Assembly: GCA_019749875.1 (NCBI GenBank)
Contig: JAIEPK010000479.1
Location: 7,184 to 71,183 of the forward strand
Origin: Candidatus Binatia bacterium
GTDB lineage: Bacteria > Desulfobacterota > Binatia > UBA12015
Direction of reading: 5' to 3'
Length of the DNA stretch: 64,000 nt
Shown: one piece after another, positions 60,245 to 64,000 of the stretch
Layout: the number at the start of each line of letters is the position of its first letter
How positions within the stretch are numbered: position 1 is the stretch's first letter
The notes under the pieces: model-generated
The model's input: only the letters and a program-made list of their open reading frames with translations
The model's database searches: none
What the model was told of the DNA's origin: nothing
Translations under genes and position numbers: made by a program

Positions 60245-62319
60245 AGCTGGTCCAGGACGCATCCTAGTCGCTCACCGCGCCTGCCGGGTGAAGCGGATGA
60301 CGCTACGCCGGAGTCGGCGATCTCCGCATCCACGACTTGAGGCACGCGGTCGGAAGATAGCTCGGCTCGGCGAGAACGCGTTCGTGATCCGTCGGCGCCC
60401 TCGGCCGTAGGGATAGGGACCGCGAACCTCGAGCTCGAGGCGACACGCCCGCTCATTCGGGCGCCTCAGGAGTCTTCGCATCGACGGCGTCCTTCCTGCG
60501 TCGCGCCGCGTGCGGATCGCGGTCCATCAGCTTCGCGTGGTTCGCCTTGAAGGGCTTGCAGAGGAGGCATCCCGCGCGGCGGTTATTCAGGCGCGCGTCG
60601 CTTGTGGTGCATCTGTTCTCTCCGAAGGCGGTGCGCCTCGACTCGCCGGGCCTCGATGCGTCAAGCTGCGTTCCGGCCCCAGCGGACGGCCGTCATGCGG
60701 CGATGGATTGCCGGCAGCTTACACACCGTTCCGTGCGAACGAACGCGTTCCATCTCGGCGCTACACTCTTGCTCCCGACTTCCGCGCTCGGTCAAGCGTC
60801 GCCAAGGAGTGCGCCGCCAAGCGACCCCCGCGCGCCACCGGTTCGAGCTGACCTCGCTCTGACAGCGCCGGGCACACCAACGGCGGTGTGCGGCGTCCGT
60901 GCAATCGTGATGCGCTGTCCGTGCGACGGCAGCCGCGAAGGGTACGACCATTGCGTCGTCCGCAGAATCGACCGGGCGATCACGAACAGCGTCGTGCCGC
61001 GCTCGTGTCGTTCGCGGCTCATGGCGTTGCTCCGTCATACGCGCCGTGGGCGCCCCAGCGCGGCGACGTGCTGCCGCACCAGCGCCGATGGAACGCCGAA
61101 GGCCTTCATCGCGCGCGACGCGGAATCGTGCCGCCCCAACGTCAAGGACAGGCAGGATGTCCCGCGCAACGACGACGCACCGCGCATGCTGGTCGCAGAT
61201 CGATCTAGCGTTCGGGGGAGTCCGCATGCGTCACGTCCCCGCCGTGCGGCAACGGCAAGCTGGATCCGGGAGAAGTGCGAAGCAGATCGTTCTCGTCTTC
61301 TAGGAGATCGCGCGCGCAACAGGCGAAGGATCCCGGCGACGGGGCGGCCGATGCCGGCCGCCCACCGCGACGAGCGAGCTGAGCGGCGCAACGACGCGGC
61401 CCAGCCGCGACCGTCGCCCGAGCCCGTTGTACGCGGGCCGATCCGATCTTCGAGGTGAGGCTTGTACGTGCGAGGATCGAGGACTTGTTCGCGCTTCTCC
61501 TTGCTCAAGACATTGGCCGGCGTGGGTTTCACTCCCGTCGCCGCCGTCAACGTCCCGGCGCGCTAAGCCCCGTTGGCCGGTTTCAGGCGTCCATCGATGG
61601 CCGATCTTGGGTGTCGCCGCGGCGCGCGTCGCGAACCAGTTCAGGAGTCAGGCTGCGCTCCAAGGCCGGACCTTCAAGGATGTGCTGGATGAGGCGTTGC
61701 GTGACTGGCTGAAGACGAGTCGCCGCCGGGGCAAGATCGCCGATCGATAGCCTGTCCCGGGCTGCCGTCCCAGCGGCCGCCTACAGCAGCGATCTCACCA
61801 TGCGCGCGATTCTGGGCCGGCACACGCCTCAGGAGGACGTCGATGCCCGTCCCGTGGCACCGCGGAGAGCACCCGAGGAAACCGCTTCCCGTGTGCGCTG
61901 CGGCGTCCACCGCCGGATTGAGGCTCCGGGGCCCTCGACCACGTGAAGAGTTCACCAATGGGCACTCCCAGCGACACCGCACTCCGCGCTACGTTCGCAT
62001 TCGACGCACCGCTCCCCTTCCTAGACGTAGCGAGCCGCGTCAGCTGCGCGAGCGCAGTCCTCCCGGCTTACACCTCGACGCGCGCGTCACGCCCCGCACG
62101 TGCCGGCGCGAGCACCATACCCCGCACGCACTGACGTGCATCTCGTCGCCGCTCGACACGACTACGCCGCCTGCAGCGGTTTCCGAGGCGTCCTTCGTGC
62201 GCCGCACGCCCCACTGTTGCACTTGATGCGCCAACCCCGGCCGCACGCCGAAGACTATTCGATTTTGGGTTATTCGATCCGAGGATGCTCAGTGCTCCCC
62301 GCGCGCGACGGCCGGGGCG

Positions 62320-62568
62320 ATGGGCAGCGTTCATTCACGAGAATACCAGGAGTTCCTCCGGTGCTTGAGACGCGCTCGCGAGGAGGCGCAGCTCACCCAG
62401 GTCGAGGTGGCGATACGCCTGCGAAAACCGCAGTCCTACGTATCCAAGTCCGAGGCGGGCGAGCGGAGAGTAGACGTGATCGAGCTGCTCGAATTCCTGC
62501 ATGTCTACGGCAAGAACCCTGCCGCGTTCGTGCGATCACTGACGCACCCGAAGCGCTCTCCGCGCTGA
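62320..62568 (+). CDS. XRE-family (Cro/C1-type) HTH transcriptional regulator
   Basis: LTQVEVAIRLRKPQSYVSKSEAGERRVDVIELLEF is a classic HTH_3 pattern. 82 aa. Confidence 0.75.
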   Translation: MGSVHSREYQEFLRCLRRAREEAQLTQVEVAIRLRKPQSYVSKSEAGERRVDVIELLEFLHVYGKNPAAFVRSLTHPKRSPR

Positions 62569-62588
62569 ACCCAGAGGTTCTTGGCTAG

Positions 62589-62605
62589 TATCCCAAAATG
62601 GGATA
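62589..62605. promoter_or_regulatory. Perfect 7-3-7 palindrome tatcccaaaatgggata between the XRE gene and downstream zinc-ribbon genes (candidate operator)
   Basis: Read directly from the sequence 21 nt after the XRE stop. An AT-rich stretch with a tattcgat direct repeat also lies upstream of the XRE gene (62255-62285). Confidence 0.35.
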
Positions 62606-62847
62606 CCCTGCGGACGGACCCGATCAGGGCCCGACGTGCCAATGACCTCCACCTCGCCCCCCATCAACCGCACTTGCCGCGTCCGCAGCCAGAACGACGC
62701 AGCTCAACTCGCGTGGGTGGTCGCCGCAGAGTTCTCGCTAGCGCAGCGGTGCTTCTCGCAACGCATCGCTAGCAGGCACCGGAGAACGACGAGCCCGGCC
62801 GTGGCTCCACGTCGGTCGGCATGACGAACCGGGCCACGTCCATCGCG

Positions 62848-63192
62848 ATGCATCCCACAGTCCAGCATCCGGTGTGCCGCCGCTGCGGCCAACAGGTTCC
62901 AGCTCGAGCTCACTTCTGCACGGCATGCGGCACTCCGCTGGAACCCGTTTCCTCGCCGTGGCTCTCGAAGCTCGAGGCCCGGCTAGTGCCGGCCAGCAAG
63001 GTGTTCACATCGGTCGGCATCCTGAGCCTGATCGTATGGCCCGCCGTCATGGCCAGTCCCTTGTACGTGCCGGGCGAGCATCCCGAGTTCGGCCTCCTCG
63101 TGACGCTCGCCTGCGCCCTCGGAGGCCTCGCCCTTCCGCTCGGCCTCCGCCTCAGAGAGACAACACAGGCGGAACGCGAGGCGACGCGATGA
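62848..63192 (+). CDS. Double zinc-ribbon domain membrane protein
   Basis: CRRCGQQVPARAHFCTACGTPL, then two TM helices. The earlier start at 62821 is also in frame. Confidence 0.55.
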   Translation: MHPTVQHPVCRRCGQQVPARAHFCTACGTPLEPVSSPWLSKLEARLVPASKVFTSVGILSLIVWPAVMASPLYVPGEHPEFGLLVTLACALGGLALPLGLRLRETTQAEREATR

Positions 63193-63986
63193 CGTGCCCC
63201 GGCTGCAGCCACGAGGTCGTGCTGGAGACGGCGAAGCACTGCCCAGAATGCGGCTCACCTCTTCCGATCCTATGTGGGGCGTGCGGATCCGAGAATCCTG
63301 CCGGATCGAGGTTCTGCGCCGAGTGCGGGCGGCCGCTTCGCCAAGCCTCCGCCGATGCCGGCGCCACCGCCCTCGCGCCGCCTAGCAACGCGCCCTCACG
63401 GGAGACGGCCGGGGTGATCTTGAAGGCGGCAGATGCGCAGGCGGCCCATCATGGCGATCAGCGGGCGGAGATCGCGGCGCCAACGAGTCCGACCGTTCGG
63501 AACGACGCGACCGAAGCGGGAAGCGAGCCACCCAACCCCCAGGGGCTGGTCACTGCCTCCTACGTGTGCGCCGTCGTCTTCCCCCTCGCGGGATTCGTAC
63601 TGTCAATCATCACTCTCGTCCGCGGAAGACTGGGGCACGGCCTCGCGGCGCTCGCTCTGTCTCTCTCGATGGCGCTCTTCTGGATGGGCATCCTCCAAGG
63701 GTTCATCAGCGCCGTCGACGTCCAGACGTACGTCAGCTGTCAGCCGTCACTCGCCGGGATGAGCTGCGCGGTCGAGCGCCGCTCCGGCGATGCGCCCGCG
63801 ACGGTTTGTTGGGACGTGACAATCACGTGCCACAATGGGGTCACGGCAGTGGCGAGCGGCTGCCATCCCGTTCCGCCCGGCGTGGGATCAAAGTCCAGTC
63901 GAACGATCGGGTACTCCGACATCCGACGCTGGAACGACTGCGACGCGGTAGAGACGATGGCGGTCGCCAACCTGCGACTCTCATAG
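63189..63986 (+). CDS. Double zinc-ribbon domain membrane protein (tandem partner, ATGA-coupled)
   Basis: CPGCSHEV...CPECGSPLPILCGACGSENPAGSRFCAECGRPL, then two TM helices and a Cys-containing C-terminal domain. The ATG overlaps the previous stop. Confidence 0.6.
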   Translation: MTCPGCSHEVVLETAKHCPECGSPLPILCGACGSENPAGSRFCAECGRPLRQASADAGATALAPPSNAPSRETAGVILKAADAQAAHHGDQRAEIAAPTSPTVRNDATEAGSEPPNPQGLVTASYVCAVVFPLAGFVLSIITLVRGRLGHGLAALALSLSMALFWMGILQGFISAVDVQTYVSCQPSLAGMSCAVERRSGDAPATVCWDVTITCHNGVTAVASGCHPVPPGVGSKSSRTIGYSDIRRWNDCDAVETMAVANLRLS

Positions 63987-64000
63987 GACGACCGAGAGCG

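Overview
The window is GC-rich (~68-70%) with most genes on the minus strand, and it looks like a mosaic copper/metal-resistance region of a Gram-negative bacterium. A myxobacterium or a similar high-GC soil lineage is a guess only. Most of the long plus-strand ORFs are Arg-rich shadow frames of minus-strand genes.

Copper-related content:
- Three multicopper oxidases (5323-6747, 15317-16780, 20884-22311).
- A CusCBA-type RND efflux operon plus an MgtC-family protein (35048-41411).
- A second TolC-like outer-membrane factor (16784-18238).
- A CopA-type P-type ATPase (25969-28383).
- A CorE-like ECF sigma factor with a Cys-rich tail (47832-48500).
- A Fur-family regulator (28943-29458).
- Several His/Met-rich periplasmic proteins.
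- A Rieske/cytochrome b-c gene block (43027-47200) and other c-type cytochromes.

Interleaved non-copper features:
- A minus-strand operon appears to couple the second multicopper oxidase, a cytochrome c and the TolC-like protein to a GT39/GT2/sugar-nucleotidyltransferase glycosylation module (10265-18552).
- YHS metal-binding domains are fused to an adenylate cyclase (442-1089) and to an alpha-glucan phosphorylase (33067-34959).
- A solitary restriction-endonuclease-like gene sits at 19491-20777.
- An orphan flhB lies among IS remnants (23082-24152).
- An IS481 element is nested in an IS256 remnant (49618-51542).

The best candidate for an undescribed system is on a tyrosine-integrase island (~52.5-59 kb). 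It is a translationally coupled cassette of a Xis-like HTH protein, an AAA+ ATPase and an 839-aa S8 subtilase (54087-57799), flanked by a RHH protein, a frameshifted XRE gene and a HExxH protein.

A ~47-nt repeat occurs three times. Two inverted copies bracket the 6.3-kb flhB/IS/copA segment.

No rRNA, tRNA or CRISPR array was recognised. All family assignments come from motif reading of the ORF translations, not from database searches.
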